A stretch of DNA of 64,000 nucleotides from Candidatus Undinarchaeota archaeon. GTDB lineage: Archaea; SpSt-1190; JASMDC01. A program made the translations under genes and the position numbers. The notes under the pieces were generated by a model, which was not told where the DNA came from, made no database searches, and saw only the letters and a list, made by a program, of their open reading frames with translations. Every line of letters starts with the position of its first letter. Within the stretch, counting starts at the first letter, position 1. The stretch spans positions 64,001 through 128,000 of the forward strand of contig CAZFHY010000008.1 in NCBI GenBank assembly GCA_964519305.1, in the 5' to 3' direction. This document shows positions 1 to 8,806 of the stretch, piece by piece.

Positions 1-527
1 AGAGCCTCGGACACGAGTGATACATCGTCAGTGTGTTGGACCGAGCGTGGATCCCCGGACGAAAAGACGCTGAAGAGACAATGTGCTCGCCAACCTGTGT
101 CGACCACCTTGATGCAGAGGTCGACATCGGACGTCTGTGAGCCTACTTGTGCCCGACAAGCATCCAGGGTAAAACGATCACTGATGCTCTCGCAAAGCGA
201 ACTGTCGCCCTGGCCGAGGGCTCGTGCCCAGAAACACCTATCCCGTCCCTGTTCGTCGACGATGTTCCTGCAGAACGCTTCCCCTCCCGGTAGTCCCGGT
301 CCCGTATGGAGAAGGCAGGTCTCACGCAGCGGGTCGTTCACGATAGAGGCGCAATCGCCAGGATCGTCATCGGCTGCGGCCTGCTGGAAGATACAGAGCC
401 CATGAGAAGGCCCCTCGGGTAGTGAACTGCAGTCCCAGGCATCCGCTCGGGCAGCGGAAGCGGCCAGGAGGATACATAGAAGCCATATACCGAGGAGGGC
501 GATGGACGTGCGAGATGTACCCTCCAT
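1..527 (-). CDS. Secreted Cys-repeat protein (partial, runs off left edge)
   Basis: Not in the ORF track. Manual translation from ATG 527: MEGTSRTSIALLGIWLLCILLAASAARADAWDCSSLPEG..., a signal peptide followed by ~25-aa repeats (CASIVNDPLRETC, CRNIVDEQGRDRC, CESISDRFTLDAC, CIKVVDTGWRAHC). Confidence 0.8.
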   Translation of the reverse strand, partial: MEGTSRTSIALLGIWLLCILLAASAARADAWDCSSLPEGPSHGLCIFQQAAADDDPGDCASIVNDPLRETCLLHTGPGLPGGEAFCRNIVDEQGRDRCFWARALGQGDSSLCESISDRFTLDACRAQVGSQTSDVDLCIKVVDTGWRAHCLFSVFSSGDPRSVQHTDDVSLVSEA

Positions 528-674
528 ATCTAGGGACTCCCATTACACCTTTTTATTTGTTCGTCCCTGACGGGCGGCCTGCCGTGAGTTTTTTAACCGT
601 TGGTGTTGTGCCCGATGACGCGGGACGATGCCGATGGAATCGGTCCTATCGTGTCGTAAGGGGTGAGGTGGACC

Positions 675-2165
675 ATGACGGAGAACTACGTTATCGCGCT
701 CGATGAAGGGACGACCAGCGCCAGGGCCGTGATCTGGAACGCAGAGGGACGTGAGGTCGCGTCCGGCCAGCTGGAGTTCGAACAGGTGTACCCGAAACCA
801 GGGTGGGTGGAGCACCGACCTGAGGACATCTTCATCGCTCAGCGCGCCTCCCTGCGAGAAGCGCTGGACAGGGGAAAGATATCATTGAGCTCGATCGCAG
901 GTATCGGGATCACAAATCAGCGGGAGACTACCATCGTGTGGGACCGGAAGACCGGAAAGCCCGTGCACAACGCCATCGTCTGGCAGTGCCGGCGGACATC
1001 TGGTATCGTGGACAAGCTGGTAGCCGACGGTCACGGGGACCTGTTCACACAAAGGACCGGGCTCATCCCCGACTCGTACTTCTCGGCCACAAAGCTCAAG
1101 TGGATCCTGGACAACGTCCCGGGTGCACGGGAACGGGCCGAACGTGGCGACCTCCTCTTCGGGACCGTGGACACCTACCTCCTGTGGCGTCTTAGCGGTG
1201 GGAAGGTCCACAAGACTGACTATACGAACGCCTCGAGGACCATGCTCTTCAACATCCACAAGCTCGCCTGGGACGAGGAGCTCTGCGGGATCCTCGATAT
1301 CCCGATGTCCATGCTCCCAGAAGCTCGACCGTCCAGCGAAGTGTACGGTCATACCGATCCCGCTATCGTGGGAGCGGAAGTACCGCTCTGCGGAGTGGTC
1401 GGCGATCAACAGGGAGCGTTGTTCGGGCAGTGCTGCTTCGATGAAGGCGAGATGAAGAACACATATGGCACTGGCTGCTTCCTCCTGCTCAACACCGGAC
1501 GCAAGGCGGTCCCCTCTAACAACCGTCTCCTTACGACGGTGGCCTACAGCCTCGAGGAGGGGAAGGCCCACTATGCGCTCGAGGGGGGCGTGTTCATCGC
1601 GGGAGCAGTTGTCCAGTGGCTACGCGATGGTGTGAACATCATCGACCATGCCAAGGAGACCTCTGGCATGGCGGAGAGCGTGGAGCACTCCGAGCTCTAC
1701 CTCGTACCGGCCTTTGTCGGACTTGGCGCACCCCACTGGGACCAGTACGCCCGCGGTCTGCTCATCGGGATCACTCGGGACACCGGACGTGCCAACATAG
1801 TACGAGCTGCGCTCGAGTCCGTCGCTTTCCAGGCCCGGGACCTTGTCGGAGCGATGGAGCGGGACACGGGAACACCCACCAAACACCTCACCGTGGACGG
1901 TGGGATGGCCCGCAACGACTTCCTGATGCAGTTCCAGTCGGACATACTCGGTGTCGATGTGGTGCGACCGCGCGTGCTCGAAACGACCGCTCTCGGGGCG
2001 GCGTTCCTTGCCGGACTTGCAGTGGACGTCTGGGACGGTCTTGACGAGATCCGTTCTCTGTGGCAGGCCGACGAGACATTCAGTCCCAAGGACATCGACC
2101 GGGACGCTCTGTACGACCGATGGCAGGACGCCGTGGGCCGTAGCGGGGGCTGGGCCAAGAAATAG
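675..2165 (+). CDS. glpK: Glycerol kinase
   Basis: FGGY motifs ALDEGTTSAR, GITNQRETT, AIVWQCRRT, GDQQ, KNTYGTGCF, DGG. GAGGTG SD upstream of ATG 675. Confidence 0.96.
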   Translation: MTENYVIALDEGTTSARAVIWNAEGREVASGQLEFEQVYPKPGWVEHRPEDIFIAQRASLREALDRGKISLSSIAGIGITNQRETTIVWDRKTGKPVHNAIVWQCRRTSGIVDKLVADGHGDLFTQRTGLIPDSYFSATKLKWILDNVPGARERAERGDLLFGTVDTYLLWRLSGGKVHKTDYTNASRTMLFNIHKLAWDEELCGILDIPMSMLPEARPSSEVYGHTDPAIVGAEVPLCGVVGDQQGALFGQCCFDEGEMKNTYGTGCFLLLNTGRKAVPSNNRLLTTVAYSLEEGKAHYALEGGVFIAGAVVQWLRDGVNIIDHAKETSGMAESVEHSELYLVPAFVGLGAPHWDQYARGLLIGITRDTGRANIVRAALESVAFQARDLVGAMERDTGTPTKHLTVDGGMARNDFLMQFQSDILGVDVVRPRVLETTALGAAFLAGLAVDVWDGLDEIRSLWQADETFSPKDIDRDALYDRWQDAVGRSGGWAKK

Positions 2166-2176
2166 GACCTTCGTGA

Positions 2177-3235
2177 CTACCGGTCCGCACCTGTCGGAGC
2201 ATCGCTGTCACTGCCCGAGAACAGGTTCCTGAGGTACACGCAGATGACCCGGGGATGGTATCGCGGATTGAAGAGCACGTTGGGAAGCATGTTGCATCCA
2301 TGCGTGCAGAAGCACCTCATGCTCGTTATCCTCTCCCTGACACTGATCGCCTCCTTTGACGACCACAACTTCCTAAAGTCGAGATCATGCTCACGGAGGT
2401 TACCCATCTTCAGGTCCAGTAGCTCACAGGGGAAAACATCCCCGTTGACATGGATGACGGCGTTGATGCTGCCAGCATAGCACGGTGTGATGAATTTATC
2501 CTCTCTCACTGTCTGGATGGTGAGCTGGGTCATCACCTCCTTCGCGCTCTCGACAAGGTTCCCCTTTGTCCTCCTGAACACTTCCTCCATCAGTCTCTCA
2601 TAGGTAGCGATGTCGATATCAGCGATCGCGGGGTCCTGGACATCACCGCGTACGAGCGGGAAGTTTGTGATGTCGGGTCGAAGGTTCTCTCTCAACCATT
2701 CGAGTATGGTGAAGATCCTGTCCTCGTTCAATCTCGAGTATGCGGTTATCGTTCCGAGCTCAAGTCGATCGTTCTCGATGGAGCGCAGCTCCTTGAACGT
2801 CCTTACGGCCTTGTCGAACACACCCTCATTCCCGCGTATCCGATCGTGACGCTCTCCGATATCGTCGATGCTCACGAACACCCTGATCCTGAGCTTGGGG
2901 CATGCCTCCAACGTACTCTCGACCAGCTCGCGTGCAGGTACCGTCCCGTTGGTCGGGATAACGAGGTACCGCATCCTGTTGTTCCTGTAGAACGTCGTGA
3001 CTATATCGAGGAGGTCCTTTCGCAGAAGGGGTTCCCCACCGGTGAGCGAGAGGACAGCGAAGCGCCCCATGCTCTTTGATATCTGCTCGATCTCGTCCAG
3101 ACCGAGCTCACCCTCAGTGTAATTGAGCTCCTTCCAGAAGAAGCAGTGGCTGCATTTGCAGTTGCATCGGTTCGTGACGAAGAACGTGACATACTCTGGT
3201 AGAGCATCTCTTTTAGACACGATCTTGCCTAACAT
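2177..3235 (-). CDS. Radical SAM protein with SPASM/twitch domain
   Basis: CNCKCSHC (CxxxCxxC) and TGGEP; C-terminal CYAG...VFPCE...CFCTHGC. Start moved to the ATG overlapping the upstream GT2 stop. Confidence 0.88.
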   Translation of the reverse strand: MLGKIVSKRDALPEYVTFFVTNRCNCKCSHCFFWKELNYTEGELGLDEIEQISKSMGRFAVLSLTGGEPLLRKDLLDIVTTFYRNNRMRYLVIPTNGTVPARELVESTLEACPKLRIRVFVSIDDIGERHDRIRGNEGVFDKAVRTFKELRSIENDRLELGTITAYSRLNEDRIFTILEWLRENLRPDITNFPLVRGDVQDPAIADIDIATYERLMEEVFRRTKGNLVESAKEVMTQLTIQTVREDKFITPCYAGSINAVIHVNGDVFPCELLDLKMGNLREHDLDFRKLWSSKEAISVRERITSMRCFCTHGCNMLPNVLFNPRYHPRVICVYLRNLFSGSDSDAPTGADR

Positions 3236-4134
3236 ATCAATCCCCAGATGATACCGCATAGGAACATCAAGAAGTTCAGTTCGTGAAAGATGACGGTAGG
3301 GACAAGGAACCCGAGACCTTTCTCCCGATATATCAGACCGAAGAAACCCAGGTTGACGAGCCAGAAGAGGGGTGGCACGGGGGAGAGCACGATCCCGAGG
3401 AGCTTGCCCCAGTGATGATGAGAGGCACTCGGTGCCATCTGGACCTGCTCCCTGTAGTTCTTTACCGATTTGGCCTTGTACCTAGAGATCATGAGGCTCC
3501 GTCTGAGGATGCCCGACAACGTGAACTCCTTGAGATGGGTCACTTCTATACCTTTGTCCAGGAGAATCGTTCTGCCTTCCTTGAACAATCTGAAGCCCCA
3601 AACGTCGTCCTCTGCCGTCAACAGGTCATCATCGAAGGGGATGAAATGGTCCCTCCGCACAGCAAAACAGTGAGTGCTCGCGGCCTGGAGGTACTTCTCG
3701 GCGATCCTGTCGAAGATGTAGTGCTCGTAGAGGTTCTGGTACTGCGATGCGAAACTGTCCACGGGGCAATCCTTCGAGTACACCGTCTGGACAGCAGAGA
3801 TGTCATTGTTCTCAAGGTCGTCCCTTATCATCTGTAGCGTATCGGGAGTGACCCTCACGTCAGCATCGAGAAAGAGCAGGACCTCGCCTTGCGCATTCTT
3901 CGCCCCTATGTTCCTTGCATGGCCAGCCCCCAATCTTCCATCGCTCGAAAGAACGGTGATCGGGATGTCCTTGTGGTCAGCGAGAAGATGTGGTTCTAGC
4001 ACACCCTCGTGCACGATGATGATCTCGAAGTCCTTGAACGTCGAAGAGACTAGCGCTCCAAGTACCTTCTCAAGGGATCCGCTGTTGTCCATTGACGGAA
4101 TGATGATGGAGAACGACGGGGTCCCCATTCTCAT
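3229..4134 (-). CDS. Glycosyltransferase family 2 with C-terminal TM helices
   Basis: SIIIP, EIIIV, ARNIGA, LLFLDAD (DxD), ED motif; hydrophobic C-terminus. Confidence 0.9.
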   Translation of the reverse strand: MRMGTPSFSIIIPSMDNSGSLEKVLGALVSSTFKDFEIIIVHEGVLEPHLLADHKDIPITVLSSDGRLGAGHARNIGAKNAQGEVLLFLDADVRVTPDTLQMIRDDLENNDISAVQTVYSKDCPVDSFASQYQNLYEHYIFDRIAEKYLQAASTHCFAVRRDHFIPFDDDLLTAEDDVWGFRLFKEGRTILLDKGIEVTHLKEFTLSGILRRSLMISRYKAKSVKNYREQVQMAPSASHHHWGKLLGIVLSPVPPLFWLVNLGFFGLIYREKGLGFLVPTVIFHELNFLMFLCGIIWGLIC

Positions 4135-4190
4135 CGGGCCTCGCAGGGAGTGATCGTATCGTCAATGACCACTCCCGGATGCCTCCCTCG

Positions 4191-5264
4191 TCACTTCTTC
4201 GGGACGAGCTCCGGGAACAGTCCGACGATAGTCTCCACGGCCTTGTCGACACCGTCCCAGATAGGATCGAACGTCGGGATGCCGAAGGCCTCCTCGTACT
4301 TCTTCTTAGTCGCTTCGACGTCCTCACGGCTCATGTTCTCATGGTTGATGGCGATGGCCACGATCTTGGTCCCGGAGAAGTGCTCGATGAGGGATATCGC
4401 TTCCTTCACGGGCGGGAGCTCGAACTGCGGGAACCCGGCCCGCGTCTTTCGGGCAGGGGGTACCTGTAGGATGATCGCATCGGGGTTCGAACCACGGATG
4501 ATATATGCAGTTGTGATATACGCTGGATGGTCCAGGGCACCCTGGCCTCCCACGATCACTAGGTCACCGTGCTCGCAAGCATCGACGACCCTACGCTCAA
4601 CAGCGCCCGAGATGAACTCGGCCGGGAGAGCGTCCACGGCAACGCGGTGCCGGGCACCTTGCATGGCGCCGGTCTGGCCTGTCGTTACCAGTCGGACGGA
4701 TATCCCGAGGTCCTCGAGCTTTTCGAACATGAACATCTGTGTAGTGCGCTTTCCGACACCTCCGTCGGTGCCGAGGAGGAGAACGACCGGCTTCTTCTTA
4801 TTGTAGATATCGCCGCTGAGCACTCTCATCTCGCGCTTCTTGGGCGGTTTACGGATGTCCCAGATATCTTTTCCCGTCCGTTCCATGGCCTGGATGAACT
4901 CCTCGTCCTCGGTAAGGAACTCGTGAAGACCGTTGACGACGTCCATCCCCATCTCCATTGCCTTGATGAAGATCGGTCGGAATTCTTCGGGGAACATCCC
5001 GTCATAGGTCGCCAGGCCCATGATGATGCACTGTGGCTTCTGTTCGGCCTTCTCATAGGCCTCCTCCATCGAACCGAAGATAGGGATCGGTTTGGCAGCT
5101 TCGAGGACCTGGTCTGCCGTCTTTCCGGTATGTCGGCTGTCAATGATACCCATGAGGGAGTACTTCCGCGAGAAGCGTGAGAGGCCATTGGCGCTCTTGC
5201 CCAGGCCGTCTCCGAAGCCTCCTTCAGCTATCACGATGGCAGGAATCTGGTCTTTGTATTCCAT
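4191..5264 (-). CDS. DUF1611 family P-loop protein (DgcN-like)
   Basis: GKSANGLSR, VVNGLH, GTDGGVGKRTT, TGQTG, GQGALDHPAY, GSNPDAIIL. Confidence 0.87.
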   Translation of the reverse strand: MEYKDQIPAIVIAEGGFGDGLGKSANGLSRFSRKYSLMGIIDSRHTGKTADQVLEAAKPIPIFGSMEEAYEKAEQKPQCIIMGLATYDGMFPEEFRPIFIKAMEMGMDVVNGLHEFLTEDEEFIQAMERTGKDIWDIRKPPKKREMRVLSGDIYNKKKPVVLLLGTDGGVGKRTTQMFMFEKLEDLGISVRLVTTGQTGAMQGARHRVAVDALPAEFISGAVERRVVDACEHGDLVIVGGQGALDHPAYITTAYIIRGSNPDAIILQVPPARKTRAGFPQFELPPVKEAISLIEHFSGTKIVAIAINHENMSREDVEATKKKYEEAFGIPTFDPIWDGVDKAVETIVGLFPELVPKK

Positions 5265-5378
5265 GATTATGTCCCCCTTTTGATAATGGAATTGACGGGG
5301 GAAAGCAATATAAAACGGAAGGACGCGCGGGCCATAACGTTGAATTAACGTTCGGGAACAAGTGAGTGGTTCTAGGGG

Positions 5379-5519
5379 CTACTCATCAAAGAGGCTCTTA
5401 TCGGTCCAGAACTTCTTCTCCTTCTTTTTCCGTTTGAGGAATACATCGTAATCCTCGTACTTCTGGCGGAATAGGAGTTTCATGACGTAGGACCCGTAGG
5501 TGTCTTTATGGTCTCCCAT
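5379..5519 (-). CDS. Small basic hypothetical protein (46 aa)
   Basis: Manual translation MGDHKDTYGSYVMKLLFRQKYEDYDVFLKRKKKEKKFWTDKSLFDE*; fills the intergenic gap and has an AT-rich box upstream. Confidence 0.5.
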   Translation of the reverse strand: MGDHKDTYGSYVMKLLFRQKYEDYDVFLKRKKKEKKFWTDKSLFDE

Positions 5520-5562
5520 TACCCTACTATAATAGTGCCGCCCATCGCATAAATATCTACGG

Positions 5563-7425
5563 TTATCCCATGAGGAATAAGTTCGCGCCTTCCCCTACAC
5601 CGGATTCCAGGAGGGATGCGTCGTCCTTGAGCACCTTCTCCCCGAAAACGAGGTCCAGGCGTGAGCTATCAGGAAGGCCGAGCGTAGAGCGGAGCTGGAC
5701 CTTGAGCGTGGAGACCGTCTGGTCCTCGGGTATGGATACGTTAGTGTCCTTTCCCCCCTCGATCGGTGATACGATGAGGTTTACCATCTTGACCTGCCGT
5801 TCCACGGCCGCGAGGTTCTGGCCTTTCTTGAGACCGAGCTCACCTACTTGCGTGGTGCTGGGGACGACCGCACCCTTGAGCTGGGCAACGAGCACTCCGT
5901 TCACACCGACGCGCGTTTTGAGGTTGCTGAGCAGATCGCCTACCGTCGATTCGGCCGAGACGTTTATCGTGTGGACGTTCCCCGCGAGCTGTACACCAAC
6001 GGTGATGAGCTTGTTGAGACGCAATCCAGCGCCCTTGTCGAGCCTAGCAGGATCTACAATGAAATCAGGATTAAGGAACACAGGGCCCTGTGAGAGCACG
6101 TAGTCACCCGTCAGACTGCATCGGGTCTTGAGGAGATCGATGGTCTGGGCAGCAGTGATCCTCCCGGGTACCCCGAACCGTTTCGTCCCACCGATCTCAG
6201 GGATGAACACGGCCAACTGTGCCACGGCCTGTATGGTGACCTCGTCCCCGCTTACAAGACCTGCCTGGCTCACGGTACTCTCTCTGTCAAAAGATTGTCC
6301 TCCACGAACAAGGATGGTGTCCGCGAGCTTGAGACCCGCTTTATTGATAACAGCATCGGCAACGTCCCCGAGGCGTGTCTCCGGGCTTACTGAGTGGACC
6401 ATGGTCCCTCTGTTAGCGGGGAGCGTCACCCGTAGCTGGATGAAGTCCGCGCACACATCAGAGAATTTGAGCCCGGCGTAGATCTCGGGATCGTCGATAT
6501 CCGGGGCGCGATCAGAGGGCACGAGCGCTAACCTACGACCGTGAACGAGGAGATTCGTGCGCTCCCACGTCCCTTCCTGCGAGCGGTCAAGGTCCATTAG
6601 CACGTAGCCCTCACTTTCCCCTGCCATTTTGAAATGCTGGAGCACAAGCTCCTTGAGCGTTGTCTGCTCGAAAAGAGGTGATGTTGGATTGGGCAGGATC
6701 GATTTCAGAGGCTCGATCGGGAACACGAGGAACTCCTTTCCCGGTTCGCCGTCCTGCCAGCCGGTCACGTACACCTGGAACTTCACACCCTGGTGGGCTG
6801 AAAAACACTTCGGGCAGCGGTTACGCTGCAGGTCAAGGACGTTCCCGCATCGGACGCAGACCGTGTGCTGTGCGTCAGCCTGCTGGGTCGTCGCATAGAC
6901 CTTTCCGGACGCTAGGAGCTTGCCGATCACTAGGTTACGTAGGAGGGTCTGCTGTTCTCCACGAAGCTTGGCGATATAGGCCCTTGCTACGTTATCCGGG
7001 ACATCGACCAGCCCTTGTAGCTCAGATACCTGCATACGTTGTATGCTGGCGACCGCCTGATTGAGGAAGGGATTGATCCCCATCTCGGCCCGCTTTGTGA
7101 GCTTTATCCTGTTGCTGCGATACTTGCTGGCGGCCATCTCGGAGAGAAGCTCCACGGTACTTGGATAGGTCCATGTGGTGGGTACCTCTACGTTGAGCAC
7201 GAAGTCCCCCTCCTCCTCGGTGACCCAGGTCTTGGCCCTCTCTAGTACATAATGGACATATAGACCGATGGACTTGAGCCTGTAGATACGCGATAGGTGG
7301 TAGACGGATCCGACGATGCGTGTGAAGTTCTCTAGCAGGGCCTGTCCCGGGTCGTTGGGGTCGAAGGGGTGGACCTGAAAGACCTCATCAATGTTCGCAA
7401 GACGGAAATAATACATCCCTGTCAT
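5563..7425 (-). CDS. Zn-ribbon protein with tandem ubiquitin-like (beta-grasp) domains
   Basis: CVRC...CPKC at aa190-207. Four ~70-aa units with the Ubl pattern (aa~329-400, 402-471, 473-543, 547-620), e.g. VSIPEDQTVSTLKVQL...LDLVFGEKVLKDDASLLESGVGEGANLFL. Confidence 0.78.
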   Translation of the reverse strand: MTGMYYFRLANIDEVFQVHPFDPNDPGQALLENFTRIVGSVYHLSRIYRLKSIGLYVHYVLERAKTWVTEEEGDFVLNVEVPTTWTYPSTVELLSEMAASKYRSNRIKLTKRAEMGINPFLNQAVASIQRMQVSELQGLVDVPDNVARAYIAKLRGEQQTLLRNLVIGKLLASGKVYATTQQADAQHTVCVRCGNVLDLQRNRCPKCFSAHQGVKFQVYVTGWQDGEPGKEFLVFPIEPLKSILPNPTSPLFEQTTLKELVLQHFKMAGESEGYVLMDLDRSQEGTWERTNLLVHGRRLALVPSDRAPDIDDPEIYAGLKFSDVCADFIQLRVTLPANRGTMVHSVSPETRLGDVADAVINKAGLKLADTILVRGGQSFDRESTVSQAGLVSGDEVTIQAVAQLAVFIPEIGGTKRFGVPGRITAAQTIDLLKTRCSLTGDYVLSQGPVFLNPDFIVDPARLDKGAGLRLNKLITVGVQLAGNVHTINVSAESTVGDLLSNLKTRVGVNGVLVAQLKGAVVPSTTQVGELGLKKGQNLAAVERQVKMVNLIVSPIEGGKDTNVSIPEDQTVSTLKVQLRSTLGLPDSSRLDLVFGEKVLKDDASLLESGVGEGANLFLMG

Positions 7426-7470
7426 AGGTCACGGCTCCCGGGTCCGTCACGATGGGGCACGAATACCTAT

Positions 7471-7480
7471 TTAATATTAA
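7471..7480. promoter_or_regulatory. Palindromic AT box TTAATATTAA, probable bidirectional TATA promoter
   Basis: Perfect 10-bp palindrome in the 76-bp gap between divergent starts 7425(-) and 7502(+). Confidence 0.55.
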
Positions 7481-7501
7481 TCCCCTCCCGATGTCTCAGA
7501 G

Positions 7502-8785
7502 ATGTACGGTGCAGTGGGACTTGGTCAGTGCGGTATGAAGATACTCGACCAGTTGTATATGAACCTGAAGAACGAGAAGACGTTCCTTGACTTCTTCAAA
7601 CAGGACCCGTCAGTGTTCATTACTCCCGTATGTATCACCTCGGGTTTCACCGACTACTACCGTGCATGCCCCAACCTTCGCAAGGCTTTCAAGCTCGATC
7701 CGGTCGTGGGAATCGGGATCGATGGCTCGTGCATCGCCCCTGCCCTGGGAAAGACTGACCAGACAGATTTCGAGGGTCGCGTTAAGGGGGGGATGGGCGC
7801 AACGCCTTGGAAGGGCCACATCCTTCTCGAGGAACACCAGAACGAGTTCCTGAGCGAGTTCCGCCGTCTCCTACACCTTAAGATGGGAGAGAACGGGCCT
7901 CCGGTCATCCTCATGGTGTTCGGTGCAGGGGGCGGTACGGGTTCCGGTACTGCACCTAAGATCGCAGAGTTCCTCAAGCTGGTCTATCCGAACACGCCCA
8001 TCATCGCTGTCGCAGTGCTCCCTGCCGAGGAGAGCGAAGGCTACATGCGTGCATGGAACGCGGTCTGGAACATCACCAAGATGCTCGACCTAGTCGACGG
8101 GCTCATCGTCGTCGATAACCAGGTGGTCCTCGAGCGCGGTCACGGAGCGTTCATCGAGAAGATACCGGTGTTCAACGAGATGGTGGTAGACTCCCTGAAG
8201 AACCTCGTGCTCGACCTCATCGTGTCCATACAGGACTCAACGGGCAAGCTAAACCTGCCCGCTTTCGACATTGCGGACTACATCAGAGCTCTTGCCTATA
8301 TGCCGGGTAAACCCGGTATCGCCTCGATCGGTCGTAGCCAGATGTTCCTTAGCTTCTCGGAGACGCTGCTCCCCTTCTTATCGAAGGACAAGACCCAGCA
8401 GGTCGCCGATGAGACAATGAAGTGCTGGTCGAAACAGCTCATGACCGGGCTGGAAGAGACGCTCCCCGTCTCTGCTGCCATGGTGTTCAAGGTGAACAAG
8501 AAGTACCTGAACAAGGTATACTTCGAGAACATCACCAAGGACCAAGAGTCCCGACTCACTCGCAAGGAGCTCCATCATGGAGTTGTCCCCACCGACAATC
8601 CCGAGATATCCGTAACAACGTCCTTCACCTACAGACCACAGGACGTGAGGCGATTGAAGGAGCTCGAGGTCAAGGGGAACGCGTGGGCCAGAAAGACACT
8701 CCGTGAAGCGAAAAACACCTCACCGGACGAGGCACAAGCGCTATTCGATAACGTTACTGAGATGGAGTTCTTCTCAGGGGGGTAG
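7502..8785 (+). CDS. Tubulin/FtsZ superfamily GTPase (CetZ-like, non-canonical)
   Basis: T1 GLGQCGMKI, T3 GGMGATPWKG, T4 GAGGGTGSG, AVLP, T6 LIVVDN, T7-like FDIADY. Confidence 0.9.
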   Translation: MYGAVGLGQCGMKILDQLYMNLKNEKTFLDFFKQDPSVFITPVCITSGFTDYYRACPNLRKAFKLDPVVGIGIDGSCIAPALGKTDQTDFEGRVKGGMGATPWKGHILLEEHQNEFLSEFRRLLHLKMGENGPPVILMVFGAGGGTGSGTAPKIAEFLKLVYPNTPIIAVAVLPAEESEGYMRAWNAVWNITKMLDLVDGLIVVDNQVVLERGHGAFIEKIPVFNEMVVDSLKNLVLDLIVSIQDSTGKLNLPAFDIADYIRALAYMPGKPGIASIGRSQMFLSFSETLLPFLSKDKTQQVADETMKCWSKQLMTGLEETLPVSAAMVFKVNKKYLNKVYFENITKDQESRLTRKELHHGVVPTDNPEISVTTSFTYRPQDVRRLKELEVKGNAWARKTLREAKNTSPDEAQALFDNVTEMEFFSGG

Positions 8786-8806
8786 GCGATAGCTTCTCCT
8801 CGCTCC

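Noticed and set aside
2177-5519. RiPP cluster (rSAM-SPASM plus the 46-aa ORF as precursor)
   Set aside because: The peptide is 2 kb away with no leader/core pattern; no RRE, peptidase or exporter; the rSAM is coupled to a GT2.
5563-6441. Cleavable polyubiquitin precursor or SAMP
   Set aside because: No GG between units or at the C-terminus; units are highly divergent; no E1/JAB gene in the window.
7502-8785. Calling this ftsZ or true eukaryotic tubulin
   Set aside because: It lacks FtsZ GGGTGTG/NxDFAD and tubulin MREI/NQIG; the motif mix is intermediate, so no gene symbol is given.
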